A stretch of 64,000 nt of DNA from Heptranchias perlo (lineage: Eukaryota): NCBI RefSeq assembly GCF_035084215.1, contig NC_090363.1, forward strand, positions 5,146,001 through 5,210,000, in the 5' to 3' direction. The notes below the pieces were generated by a model. The model was not told where the DNA came from, did no database searches, and saw only the letters and a program-made list of their open reading frames with translations. Shown piece after piece: positions 49,751 to 62,011 of the stretch. Made by a program: the position numbers and the translations under genes. The number at the start of each line of letters is the position of its first letter. Positions within the stretch are counted from its first letter, which is position 1.

Positions 49751-51081
49751 TCTACATTGGATTTTCTGGTCTTGGCTGTGCCCAGGTGATACAAAATTCC
49801 TGGGTAAAGGAAACAGAAAATCTGCCCCATTATCTTCAAGGAATGTGTTTGGACTTCAGAGAAAACTACCTGATAATCCAAGAGTTCTCTCTTGGATTTT
49901 AGATTTTTCTATTTGCTGCAACAAAGCAATGTTGTAACAAATTGTCTAACATATTTACCATCAAAATCTGCGGGCAGAACTTTCCAGGAGCACATGTCCC
50001 CAGTGGGTCTTGTACACAATGGGCGTCTGATTGGAAAATTGTGAGTTTCGCTGCCTGTGATTTGCAGTCGGTGGACATTAAATGATGGAAAGTCGCTGGT
50101 AGGCTCCCCCCCAATTTCTCGGTATGCCACCATTACATGCGTAGCTCCACCAGTGGTGTGGGGTCTTGTAAAGTTCCACTCTGTGTTTCTGAGGAACATA
50201 GGAACACAGGAATAGACCATTTGGCCCCTCGAACCTGTTTCATAATTAGAAAAGAAACAAAAAAAGAACTTGCATTTCTACAGTGCCTTTCATGACTGCA
50301 GGACATTCCTTAGTGCTTTACAGCCAATTAAGTACCTTTTTTTGAAGTGTAGTCGCTGTTGTAATTCCATTAGATCACAGCTGATCTGTACCTCAACCCC
50401 ATTTACCTGCCTTTGCTCCATATCCCTTGATACCCTTACCCAACAAAAATATATCGATCTCAGTCTTGGGAATTTCAATTGACCTCCAGCATCTGCAGGC
50501 TTTTGGGGGATGAGAGTCCCAGATTTCCACTACCCTTTGTGTGAAAAAAATGCTTCCTGTTTTCACTTGAAGTTGCCGAGGGGACATTTGTTCAGGCAGT
50601 CAATGCAGTTTATTATGTATAAGGATAGATGTACTTGCAGCAGATTTTGAAATTCAAATTTCCTGTCACCTTATGCGAAACAAATCCAGCTACTAACGTT
50701 GGGAGCTTGCTAAAGATGGCCCAGAGTTTAGCATCCTTTTCACATCCTTTTTATATCAGATATTCGAGAATGTGCAGCAGTCAATTCTGATTGGTGTGGT
50801 TTTCAGTGCCACTCAGTTTAAGATTTTATATCTAAGACTTTTATACCTTTACTATAACAAACCTACTTGTACAATTTCTTTGTCTGCAGCTGTCACTCAT
50901 ACTGACCGCTGCTGTGGTCACATGATTAGTTTTGACACAAAACCATGGGAACTAAGGGCCCCGCTTCTCATCTGTACTGATCTTTAAAGTTGCTAAATCC
51001 TGCATTTCTCACAGTGTCTCGCTGAGCTCAAATTTAATTATATTAGTTTGTTTTAACTATGCTTTATTAACTTAAATGAAA

Positions 51082-51510
51082 GTGTCAGCCGTGGCTCAGG
51101 GCTACACTCTCACCTCTGAGTCAGGAGGTTGTGGGTTTGAGTCCCAGAGAGTTGAGCACATGATCTAAGCCGACGCTTCCAGTGCAGTACTCGGGGAGCG
51201 CTGCACTGTCGGAGGTGCCGTCTTTCGGAAGAGGTGCCCTCTCAGTTGGACATAAAAGATCCCACGGCATTATTTCGAAGAAGAGCAGGGGAGTCCTCCC
51301 CGGTGCCCTGGCCAATATTTATCCCTCAATCAACACCTAAAACAATTGATCTGGTCATTATCACATGGCTGTTTGTGGGACCTTGCTGTGTACAAATTGG
51401 CTGCTGCATTTCCTACAGTAACTACACTTCAAAAGTACTTGCTTGGCTGTAAAGTGCTTCGGGACTTCCTGAGGTCGTGAAAGGTGCTATAGAAATGCAA
51501 GTTCTTTCTT
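51082..51510 (+). mobile_element. Full-length Deu-domain SINE
   Basis: Same structure as 28993-29460. Confidence 0.82.
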
Positions 51511-51712
51511 AATGATGATTCTAATGGTGATTGGCAAAAGAACCAAAGGTGGCTATTCGGCCACAGGGTGTTACATAGCTACCCTCGTCAACATTAGGGG
51601 CTCGGTCACCTACAATCTATAAAACCAAAGGCTCTTTTCAGATTCCCACTATGTCAACGTGAACGTGCTGTTAGAAAATCTTGTGCTTAGCCCGTCTTGG
51701 ATATTGGCGAGT

Positions 51713-51728
51713 GGCTCTGAAAAGAGCC
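51713..51728 (-). terminator. Histone 3' stem-loop of H2B (GGCTCTTTTCAGAGCC)
   Basis: Canonical 16-mer with a CCAAA flank, 36 nt after the stop, followed by a purine-rich HDE-like AAGACGGGCT. Confidence 0.95.
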
Positions 51729-51764
51729 TTTGGGTTGAATTTTAAAGCGGAATATCAAGATGTT

Positions 51765-52157
51765 TTATTTGCAGCTGGTGTATTTGGTAACCGCCTTAGT
51801 CCCTTCCGAGACGGCGTGTTTGGCCAGTTCTCCCGGCAGCAGGAGGCGAACGGAGGTCTGGATCTCCCTGGAGGAGATGGTGTGCCGCTTACTGTAATGG
51901 ATCAGGCGGGAAGCCTCGGAAGCGATGCGCTCGAAGATGTCGTTGACGAACGAGTTCATGACACTCATGGCCGAGAAAGAGATGCTGGTGTCGGGGTGCA
52001 CCTGCTTCAGCACTTTATAGATGTAGATGCTGTAAGTCCGCTTCCTGGCCTTTCTGCGCTTCTTCTCACCTTTCACCCGTTTCTTGGAGATCACTTTCTT
52101 TGTCCCCTTTTTTGGCCCTTTTTTTGGCGCTATGCCCTTTGACACTGGCTCCGGCAT
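51765..52157 (-). CDS. H2B: Histone H2B, divergent variant (130 aa)
   Basis: Intact histone fold ([13 protein letters not shown]...[23 protein letters not shown]), intronless, with stem-loop and octamer promoter. Confidence 0.97.
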   Translation of the reverse strand: MPEPVSKGIAPKKGPKKGTKKVISKKRVKGEKKRRKARKRTYSIYIYKVLKQVHPDTSISFSAMSVMNSFVNDIFERIASEASRLIHYSKRHTISSREIQTSVRLLLPGELAKHAVSEGTKAVTKYTSCK

Positions 52158-52204
52158 CGCAGATGGACAATAAGACCTGTTTGGGCGAAAGTCTCCTCGA
52201 CGCG

Positions 52205-52310
52205 TTCTTTAATAGTGAGTCATATGCAAATGAGGAATCAGAAACTGACGCATTCCTATTGGTGAAGTGGTGAAGCAGTCATTGTGATTTCGAAACAATG
52301 GCCAATCAGG
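52205..52310. promoter_or_regulatory. H2B promoter: TATA-like element, octamer ATTTGCAT (52224-52231), TGACG, and two opposed CCAAT boxes (52258-52262, 52302-52306)
   Basis: Matches the layout of the vertebrate bidirectional H2A/H2B promoter. Confidence 0.85.
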
Positions 52311-52324
52311 ATTGCGAGCGGTAT

Positions 52325-53030
52325 TTTTTGTATGTTTCGGCCCCCTTCTATCAGAAGGGCGGGTTAGGGTGTAACTTTATTTTTAAAAGCAAATCAAAAC
52401 CAAATAATAAATGGAGTTAAATAATAATTTTATTGTTCTGGTCAAGGAAGCGTTCCAGTCCCCGCGGCACCCACCGGTCGCGGAAAACCTCAAGCGTACC
52501 CGGCAGACACCGCGTGCTCCTTCTCCAGGGCCACCCGGGAGCGGAGAATGCCGCGGAAGAGAGGCAGACAGTCGGAGCGACCGCCCCCACGGGCTGAGTC
52601 TAGCCTGGACCTGTAGATGGCCACTTTAAACAGGCCCAGGAGCAGATCCACAAAGACGTCCTCCGACTTGTCCGTCCCCCCCTCCTCACCGGGTGGCTAA
52701 AGATCAGGAGCTTGGGACTGAAATGCAGCCAGAACCTGAGGAGCAGCCCCTTTAAATAGTGGAACAGGGGCTGCAACTTCTCACACCCTGTGTAGATATG
52801 GAACACCATCTCATCCAGGCCACAGTAATTGCAGGCGGTCTGGGAGTCCGTGAAATGGCTCAAGAGTCTGTTTGTGGGGACTGCTCCATGCAACACTCTC
52901 CACCCCAGATCCCCAATGGCACAGGGGAGGACTCCCTCATAGAGAGCGCTCCACTGGGGACCCCCGACTCCGCCAGACGGCAAGATGGTATTGTTGCAGT
53001 TTCCAGGCAAGTTGCAAGCATGTGCGATGA
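52325..53030 (-). mobile_element. Tx1/L1-clade LINE 3' fragment (degraded ORF2 C-terminus plus 3' UTR)
   Basis: GDLGWRVLHGAVPTNRLL...CNYCG..E...HI...C zinc-knuckle (zf-RVT-like), frameshifted; the boundaries are approximate. Confidence 0.75.
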
Positions 53031-53176
53031 TCACCTGCTTTAACTGTCGGAGTGGATCATCCGCTAAGTTTCAGTAACAGTGCACACTGAGGAAAGGCTT
53101 CCAGAGGGGTGCAGCTTGAAAACAAAACTGTACAACAATTGCTCTGTTGCATGCTTGGTCAGTGCTGTAATACGTC

Positions 53177-53298
53177 TGACGAAGGGGATAATCTCCGAAA
53201 GCTTGTGATTTTAAAATAAATTTGTTGGACTATAACCTGGTGTTGTAAGATTCCTTACATTTGTCCACCCCAGTCCATCACCGGCATCTCCACATCAC
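53177..53298 (+). mobile_element. Penelope-like terminal fragment with a 10-bp TSD and hammerhead core
   Basis: GTAATACGTC at 53167-53176 and 53299-53308; core CTGACGA-AGGGGA-TAA-TCTCC-GAAA-GCTT; homologous to 23928-24148. Confidence 0.78.
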
Positions 53299-53379
53299 GT
53301 AATACGTCCAGTATCTATATGCTGATCCGGGGGGTGGGGATCAGTAAGGTGGACCAAGCAGCTTGATCTGGAAAGTGAT

Positions 53380-53865
53380 AGGGTGCAGAAAAGATTAAAA
53401 GATTTACTAGAATGGTTCCAGGGTTGGGGGACTTCATTTATGTGGATAGACTGGAGAAGCTGGGGTGGTTCTCCTTAGAGCAGAGAAGGTTGAGAGGAGA
53501 TTTGTTAGAGGTGTTCAAAATCATGACAGGTTTAGATAAAGTAAATAAAGAGAAACTGTCGAGAACCAGAGGGCACAAATTTAAGGTGATTGGCAAAAGA
53601 CCCAAAGACGACGTGAGAAAAAACTTTTTTACGCAGCGAGTAGTTATGATCTGGAATGTGCTGCCTGAAAGGGTGGAGGATGCAGATTCAATCGTGGCTT
53701 TCAAAAAGGAATTGGATGAATATTTGAAAAGAAAAAAATTGCAGGGCTACGGGGAAAGAGTGGGGGAATGGGACTAACTGGATTGCTCTTACAAAAATCC
53801 AGCATGGGTTCGATGGGTCGAATGACCTCCTTCTGTGCTGTATCAATTCTATGATTCTATGATTG
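53380..53865 (+). mobile_element. CR1 LINE 3' fragment
   Basis: RLEKLGWFSLEQRRLRGDL...FFTQRVVMIWN peptide and an (ATTCTATG)n tail. Confidence 0.9.
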
Positions 53866-54134
53866 ACAGTATGTTGAATTTATAGGGCATGCGACCTGCA
53901 TGCCCCAACACAGAGATTCAGAACAGTGTGAATGTATGAGCGTAAAGCATTGCCTGGGCACAGCACGGAGTTCGCATGACTGTTAAGAAGCTCGCCGATT
54001 TTGGGTTCAGTTAATTGTACAAGTTGCATATTAAAGCTGCACCATATCATTCAGTTGGATGTCAGGTACCCTGAAAGCTGTCACAGCTCATTTTTCCTAT
54101 GGCAATTGACAGTGCCACCATTATTTAATGGAAT

Positions 54135-54656
54135 TTAATTTACATCCAAGTACTTTTTAAATGAGTTGAGGGTTTCTGCCTCTACCACCCCTTCAGGCAG
54201 TGAGTTCCAGACTCCCGCCACCCTCTGGGTGAAAGAAAATCTCCTCAGCTCCCCTCTAATCCTTCTACAAATTACTTTGAATCTATGCCCCCTGGTCACT
54301 GGTTCCTCTGCTAAGGGAAATAGGTCCTCCCTATCCACTCTATCTAGTCCCGTCATAATTTTAAGTACCTCAATTAAATCTCCCCTCAGTCTTCTTTGTT
54401 CTAAAGAAAACAACCCCAGCCTTTCCAATCTTTTCTCATAGCTAAAATTCTCCAGTCCTGGCAACATCCTCGTAAATCTCCTCTGTACCCTCTCTAGTGC
54501 AATCACATCTTTCATGTAATATGGTGACCAGAACTGTACGCAGAACTCAAGCTGTGGCCTAACCAATGTTTTATACAGTTCCAGCATAACCTCCCTGCTG
54601 TTATATTCTATGCCTTGGCTAATAAAGGAAAGTATCCCGTATGCCTTTTTAACCAC
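54135..54656 (-). mobile_element. CR1 LINE ORF2 fragment
   Basis: LYKTLVRPQLEFCVQFWSP...LERVQRRFTRMLPGL peptide. Confidence 0.92.
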
Positions 54657-55287
54657 CTACTGTTTAATAATAATATAACAGAATAAAGTTAAATGTCAGG
54701 GATGACAGCATGGTTTTAGTGAGTTTATGCTCAAAATCTATATTAAGTGTATCCATGATAGGCCTTTAGTATTAATGCCCGTGTAATGATGATGGGGGCA
54801 TTCATCAGTGATACTCTGGAGTCACTTTTGAGACAAGCCAACGATGATTAGTTGTCACTATCGGTTGGTCTTCTTTCTTCTTAACTTAGCTAAACTTAAC
54901 ACATACTGTAACTTTCTCTGGGGAATGATGTACTGTACTTGGTGCTTAGAAATGTATGTTATTAACACATTCTATGTTATTATGACATTCTTAACCTATT
55001 GCTTAATGTTTATAATTATTTTTCCTAACCTTCCCCGAATGAAGATTCTCCGTGATTTTCAATTTTTGGTTAATGAAGCCTTACCTTAACCCCCATAAAG
55101 TGAATCCCACTTGGTGATTCAACCAAAGTCCAATTTAGTTATAAAGACCATTTTCTAAGGTGTCACCCAAGTAACCTGACATATCTTAGAAAGTTGCAAG
55201 TCAGTCCGTGTGAACCTCAACAGGATAATTTCATATTTTGATGAGTCAACTCATCACGCAATACTCTGGGTCAGAATATTGACCCAT

Positions 55288-57324
55288 GGGGCTCGATTTT
55301 AGGAGCGTGTTTCCGGCGGGTTCCCAGCGGGGTGGCCCCGAAAATCCCGATCTCCGGTCACGTGACCGGATCGCGACGAAATCCCGGCCACTTCCGGGTA
55401 CCGCGCTGACGTGCGGGGCTGCGCGCGCAAGCCCCGCTGGTGGGAATCCCGCAGGCAATTAAAGCCAGCGGGGTTCCACTTGAGAGTACTTAACTTGCTC
55501 GTTGTGGTCAGTTAATGAGCTGAAGCAGCTGTCAAAAGAGGAAGTGTGGGATTTTAGGTTCAAGGCAGTGAGTTTCCCACACTGGGGGAAACAGTCTCCC
55601 TCCAACCAGGCGTGTTGCAGCCAGCAGCCTGTAGCAGGTGCCAAGGTGCGCTCCACGGGGGAGAGCCCTCACCCACGCAGGAGGCCACCGCGTCACATAG
55701 GGCAACCCCTGCCCTCCACCACCCCCCGCCAAGCCAGAGGACAGACCGACACGAAACCGCAGCCCCAGTCCGAGGAACCACACACCTACCCTGCACAACC
55801 CCTCAGACCAACACCTGCCAGTTGGGTGGTGTGTGGACACCCTCGGAGGACGAAGAGCATGACCAGCACCAGCAGCCTTGCAGTCCACGCCGTCCGCCTC
55901 AGAGATGTGGATCCCCCCAACACGGTGTTGTTGCACGCCCACCTGCACAGCAGGAGGGAGGGCTACCGCAGAGAGAGACGCGTCGCAGAGGGCACTACCC
56001 TCGCCACAGGGTCCACAGACCGAGGCGCAGCTCCCCGGACCTCTCCGAGCAGCAGTGCACAGGGAGGCGCAGATTCGCTCGACATGTAGTCGTGGAGATC
56101 TGCAGCCTCTTTCATGCCGAGCTGCTCCTGGCTGGCCCCAGCACCAACTGCTTACCTGTCGCTGGCAAAGTCACCACTGCCCACCACACCTTCTCCTCCG
56201 CATCCGTCCAGGGTGCAGCCGGCTACACCGCCGATGTCTCTCAGTCGTCTGCGCGGACGAGCCCTGCAAATACACCTGCACCTACTCTGCAGTAACACGA
56301 TGGGTGGCATCAGTGGTGGGTCCTCATAGTGATACCCAGGAGCGGGCATTATTGGACACAACGGACAGGATTCGCGGAGACATGGCAGTGGTGGTGTCAA
56401 TATAATGTGTGCTGTTTGTTGCTCTGAAATTCAATATGGGTAACACCCATGACAAACCCTCAGACACCCTTGTGCACCCCCTTCATGCTGACGAGACGTT
56501 TGCCTTACGCTGCCTACTGCACATATGTGATGCATGCCCTGTGGCTGCAGCACAGGTGGTGGCAGGTTGAGTGAGGCTGGCCGTGAGGGAGATGCACGAG
56601 AGGGTGAGTATGGGATGGAGCCATGAGATTGTATGAGGATTGGGTTGCGTGTTAGTGGCAGGATGAGTACTGGTGAGGTGAGTAGGTGGAGGTAAGATGA
56701 GGATGGGGTGTGAGTGGGTATGAAGGGTGATGTGACATAATAGTGTTGGCGGTGCCGAAGGAGATGTGGGGTGGGGGCAGTGTTGTGGCAGACGGAGTGT
56801 AGGGGAAAGACTTCGTGTTCTCACTGTGGCGGACCTACTGCGGTCATTGCAGCGCCTCCTGCACTGTATGCAGGTGGGCCATATGTTGGTGGCGCAGGTG
56901 ACCCCCTCTGCCACCTCGAGCCAGGCCTTCTTGGTGGCAGAGGCAGGCCGCTTCCTCCCGCCCGCCGGGGGGAAGAACTGTGTCCTCCCCCTCCTCCTCA
57001 CCCCATCTGATGATACCTGGGGTGAGGCATCATTAAACTGGGAGCAGCCTTCCCCCTGGGCTGCTCCATGCTGCAATTTGTCCCATTGGTTGCAGCATCT
57101 GTCAGTGGAGGACTGCCCCTTTAACTAGAGAGCTTCCAGCTGACAGATCGTACTGCGCACGCGCAGGCCAGCGCCGTGGACCCCGGAGGAGCAGGTAATT
57201 GGATCCGATTAGTGGATTGCCTGCTACGATCGCGCGGGAAACCCACTAATTTCGCCGTCCGCGTTTTCGACGCTCCCGGAGGACCACCCGCTGGGAACCC
57301 GCAGGCCTGCTAAATTCGAGCCCC
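55288..57324. mobile_element. Internally deleted PIF/Harbinger DNA transposon
   Basis: TIRs GGGGCTCGATTTTAG / CTAAATTCGAGCCCC with a subterminal GCGGGTTCCCAGCGGG repeat. A degenerate transposase N-terminus is on + (~55980-56270) and a Myb/SANT-like ORF on - (~56820-57076, KKAWLEVAE...CIQCRRRCND). Confidence 0.82.
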
Positions 57325-57709
57325 ATGGTTCCTAATTCTTATCCAAGATACAAAGCCACTTGACCCAGAGTAAGAGTCCTTTGGTCAATACCATTTTTTG
57401 TATGTGGTGAACTGTCATAACGCACAGAATCCTTCTCCCGCTACCAGTAGTCATTTGGACCCGGTGCCGATTTGGAAAACCGTATTCCCGATTTCCTTGT
57501 CAATTTTCTCCCAATTCTCGCCGGCAGAATCCTTGGATAATTTCTCGGTTTACGAATTTCAGTTAGAACCCCATCCTCCGAAATAGTTACGGAATTTTCC
57601 AATGCGCGCGTTAATTTTAGCACAATAACTTATTTCCCTTGTTCAGCCTGTCGAATAGATATGCGACAATGTGCATTGTACTGACAGCCCTCTTGTTGAT
57701 TGAATGGGT

Positions 57710-57725
57710 GGCTCTTAAAAGAGCC
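57710..57725 (-). terminator. Histone 3' stem-loop of H4 (GGCTCTTTTAAGAGCC)
   Basis: Canonical 16-mer with an ACCCA flank and an HDE-like CAAGAGGGCTG downstream. Confidence 0.95.
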
Positions 57726-57756
57726 TTTTTTGTTCAGATTGTACTAATTTTTATTT

Positions 57757-58134
<378 letters not shown>

Positions 58135-58138
58135 CTAG

Positions 58139-58170
58139 TTTTATACAGTGCTTGCGGACCTGGTTGAGAA
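58139..58170 (-). promoter_or_regulatory. H4 promoter: site II-like TTCTCAACCAGGTCCGC plus TATAAAA
   Basis: The minus strand reads TTCTCAACCAGGTCCGCAAGCACTGTATAAAA, matching the H4 subtype-specific element. Confidence 0.85.
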
Positions 58171-58729
58171 CGAATAAATGGGCGGAGTCCGGAAGAAAAT
58201 GACAATTTCTGACTTTTCCCCAAGTAGCCGATATTGGACAGTACCCATGGGTGCAATTATAAAAAAAATGGTCTATCGATTTAGTCTGCGACTTCCTTGT
58301 TTTCGATACAGCTTTGTCTCTTTGAGCTGTGTTTTAATGAAGGCCTTCAAGTTTTTGTGTCTCAATATATGTTTCCTTAATTCCAGTAGACTGGTTTTCC
58401 CACTGGAACACTATTGCCTTTGTGAGGTGCTTTCACTTATCTGGGTTTTCACAAGTTACAGGGATGGGGGAGAATGCCTTCAGTCTGGATGAATGCAGTC
58501 CAGACACCTCTTTCATAGGCCCAGCTGAGTGTTGTGATTAGGCAGAAAGGCTTAATGTAATAATGACTGATAGATGGCTGCTCTCTGTGTTGTCCTGGCT
58601 CTCATATTTGAGCACCAGTGAAACCACTACTTCAGGAAGTAGCTGCAGGGGCTTCAGAATGCAAGGGACGCTGTATGTGCATTGTCCACCAGCAATTTTA
58701 CCATCACAATACTTAATCAGACGGGCAAA

Positions 58730-59465
58730 TAGCAACAACAACTTGCATTTATATAGCGCCTTTAACATAGTAAAACGTCCCAAGGCGCTTCACAGGAGCA
58801 ATTATCAAACAAAATTTCACACCGAGCCACATAAGGAGATATTAGGACAGGTGACCAAAAGCTTGATTAAAGAGGTAGGTTTTAAGGAGGGTCTTAAAGG
58901 AGGAGAGAGAGGTGGAGAGGTGAATAGGTTTAGGGAGGGAATTCCAGAGCTTAGAGCCTAGGCAGCTGAAGGCACGGCCATCAATGGTGGAGCGATTAAA
59001 ATTGGGGATGCGCAAGAGGCCAGAGTTGGAGGAGTGCAGAGATCTCGGAGGGTTGTAAGGCTGGAGGAGGTTACAGAGATAGGGAGGGGGTGAGGCCACG
59101 GAGGGATTTGAAAACAAGGATGGGAATTTTAAAATCGAAGCGATGTAGGTCAGCGAGCACAGGGGTGATGGGATTAGAGTAGACAGGGCTGATGGCCGGC
59201 GCGGACACGATGGGCCGAAGGGCCTCTATCCGTGCTGTATAACTCTATGACTCTATGACTCCATGACTCTAACAGGACTTGTTGCAAGTTAGGATAGGGG
59301 CAGCAGAGTTTTGGATGAGCTCAAGTTTATGGAGGGTAGAAGATGGGAGGCTGGCCAGGAGAGCATTGGAATAGTCAAGTTTAGATGTAACAAATACATG
59401 GATGAAGGTTTCAGCAGCGGATGAACTGAGGCAGGGGTGGAGTCGGGTGAGGTTACGGAGGTGAA
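58730..59465 (-). mobile_element. L2-clade LINE fragment with a short nested CR1 tail (59175-59270)
   Basis: FIHVFVTSKLDYSNALL..LP.....KLELIQNSAA peptide; a second fragment lies at 59705-59990. Confidence 0.85.
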
Positions 59466-60589
59466 AGCCACAATAAAAAGCCACAAAGCCAATATACAAA
59501 CAATACTAAGAATCACTCCTAATAGGAATGTTGCTCCATATTTCCAGTTGCCTGTGATTACATTATGGTTTATGATACTAATCTACCTTTGCTGGATAGG
59601 AAGTTTCATGGATGCAACATTAATATTTTCCTATCGATTTCTCTGTAATTATTTTTCATTGAGCCTCTTAGGTTAATAAACAGCATATTTATTATTTTCC
59701 TTTTAAATTGAAGGTATTAGAGAACCAGAAGCCAATGTAAGTCAGCAAGGGCAGGGGCGATTTGTGAGTGGGAGCTGGTGTTGGATAGGAAACGGGCAGC
59801 AGAGTTTTGGATGAGCTGAAGTTTACCAAGGGTGAAGGATGGGAGACCGGCCAGGAGAGCATTGGAATAGCTGTGTCTGAAGGTGACAAAGGCATGGATG
59901 AGGGTTTCAGCAGCAAATGGTCTGAGGCAGGGGCGGAGGCAGGCGATGTTATAGAGGTGGAAGTAGGTGGTATTCGTGATGGAGAGTAAGGGAAGAAAAC
60001 CAGGGGTTCATTTTCACCTTATTGCCCAGGTGTAAAACTGGCATTGTGGATCGGCCACCCATTAAAGAAACCACCCGATTTTCGTTCCGTTGAACTTAAT
60101 GTTACGAAAATCGGATGGTTTCTATAACGGGCAGCCATGCCAGTTTTACGACCAGGCAGTAAGTTGAAAATTAATATTTATGAAGTGGCAAAGTATGAAA
60201 TTTCTTCCAAGTCCATGGAGGATCATGAATTCTTTTCCTAATCAGTTTTTTTTTTAACTTGTCACAAGCCTCATTAGGTTTGTTACACTGAGCGTTCGAC
60301 CATTCTGTCTGGGGAGATCAAGACTGCCCAGATTTCATTCTTCAGTGCTCAGGAGTAGAGCTTGGCAGGGTGGAAGCTCTATTGGCGGAAATTGGAATGA
60401 AAGCTTTTTCTTTCATTAATATCCAAAGATCTGTACTGGAGACCGGTTTGTGACCAAATTTTAACCTGGTCTTATGTAGTCCTGAAAGTCTATGATAAAT
60501 CTAAAATTGCATTAGCTGTGGAATTTCTCCAGTCTCCTATATCTTCTGAACATTGGTGATTTTGACAAAATGGCTACAAAACAGAAAAT

Positions 60590-61545
60590 ATAGGGTAGGA
60601 ATTAAGGGACATTTCTTAGACTGGCAGAAAATGGGAAATGGTGTCCTACAGGGATCTGTGCCATATAATATATATATATGTAAAATATTTGGACTCAGAA
60701 ATTGAAGGTATAGTGTCAAAATTTGCAAATGATACCAAACTGGGTGTATGGCTAATAATGTGAGGAACTGCACCAAAATACAAGAAGATAAAACCAGGCT
60801 TGCAGAGTGGGCAGATAGATGGCAAATGAAATTCAATATGGCAGTGTGAGGTGGTTCATTTTGGTAGGAGGAATAAGGAGACCACTTATTCCTGGGAATA
60901 CAGATGCAGTACACAAATCGCTACCAGTATTAGCACACCTTGAGAAGGCCATGGAAAATGCAAATTACTGGCATTCATCTCTAGAGAAATAGAATAAAAA
61001 AAACAGAGAGGTCATGTTAAATGTATATAGAATCTTGGTTGGACCATAGGTGGACAGGTCTGGTCTCTATATTACAAGAAGCTTATTGAAGCAGTGGAAA
61101 AACTGCAGAAAAGCTTTACATGCATGTTTCCAGAATTGAGAGGATGGAACTCTGAGAAAAGATTGCGTGGGCTGGGGCTCTTTTCTCTGGAAAAGAGACT
61201 AAGAGGAGACCTGATAGAGGTTTTTAAAAATTATGTAGGTGCTCGATAGGGTGAATGTGGAGAAATGGTTTCCACTTGCGAGTGAGTCCAGAACAAGGGG
61301 GCATACATATAAAAATGATCAAATAAGGAATTTAGGAGTAATAATTTTTACATAGAGTGGTGAGAATGTTGAAGCAGATAGTATTGATGCATTTAAGGAG
61401 AGGCTTGATCCATACATGAGGGAGATGGGAATGGAGGGGTAGGATAGGAAGGGGCAATAAAGTGGGAGGAGAGTTGTGTGGACTAGAAACATCGACATAG
61501 ACCAGTTGGGACGAATAGTCTGTTTCTGTGATGTGGATTCTATGT
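60590..61545 (+). mobile_element. Old degraded CR1 LINE fragment
   Basis: Remnants of GV.QGSV, KFA(D)DTKLG, WQMKFN and LGLFSLEK plus a CR1 3' UTR. Confidence 0.8.
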
Positions 61546-61990
61546 TGACCAAGTCTCGCTCTCCGAGTTTTGTGTTACCGTGGCCTTGGTTATTAAGCTA
61601 TATAAAAGTCCTTTGCATTAATAATCAATCGATTTGCTGCTGAAACGTTGAACATTGCTCACCCGTTGCGAATAAAAGTGTCAATCTCACTCAAAGCCTT
61701 TCGCTCTGGGAATAGTTTGGACGAAGAAATAAATAAACCCTGAGCGAGGTGTGATTACCCCCCCCCCCGCCCCCAATGTGACCCTTTGGTTCAATCGGTG
61801 TAAAGACAGAAGTGAAAGTTTGCACGGTGCGTGTCACCGATGCACCCTCCTGGGAGGGTTGAAGGTTTCGGAGATCTTGCAACCAAATTGGATGCTTTTG
61901 ACAGACAGAGAAAGGCAAATAATAAACCCCTGGGGCCGCGCGCCGCTCGGCCACGCGCCGGGTCCCCGGGGGAGGAGTTGACTCTGAAAC

Positions 61991-62011
61991 GTCCGCCTTG
62001 AGATTTTAAAT
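61991..62011 (+). promoter_or_regulatory. Putative H1-variant core promoter: GTCCGC (H4-box-like) + 8 nt + TTTAAAT
   Basis: Same motif and spacing as the neighbouring H4 promoter (GTCCGC-8 nt-TATAAAA). Confidence 0.5.
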
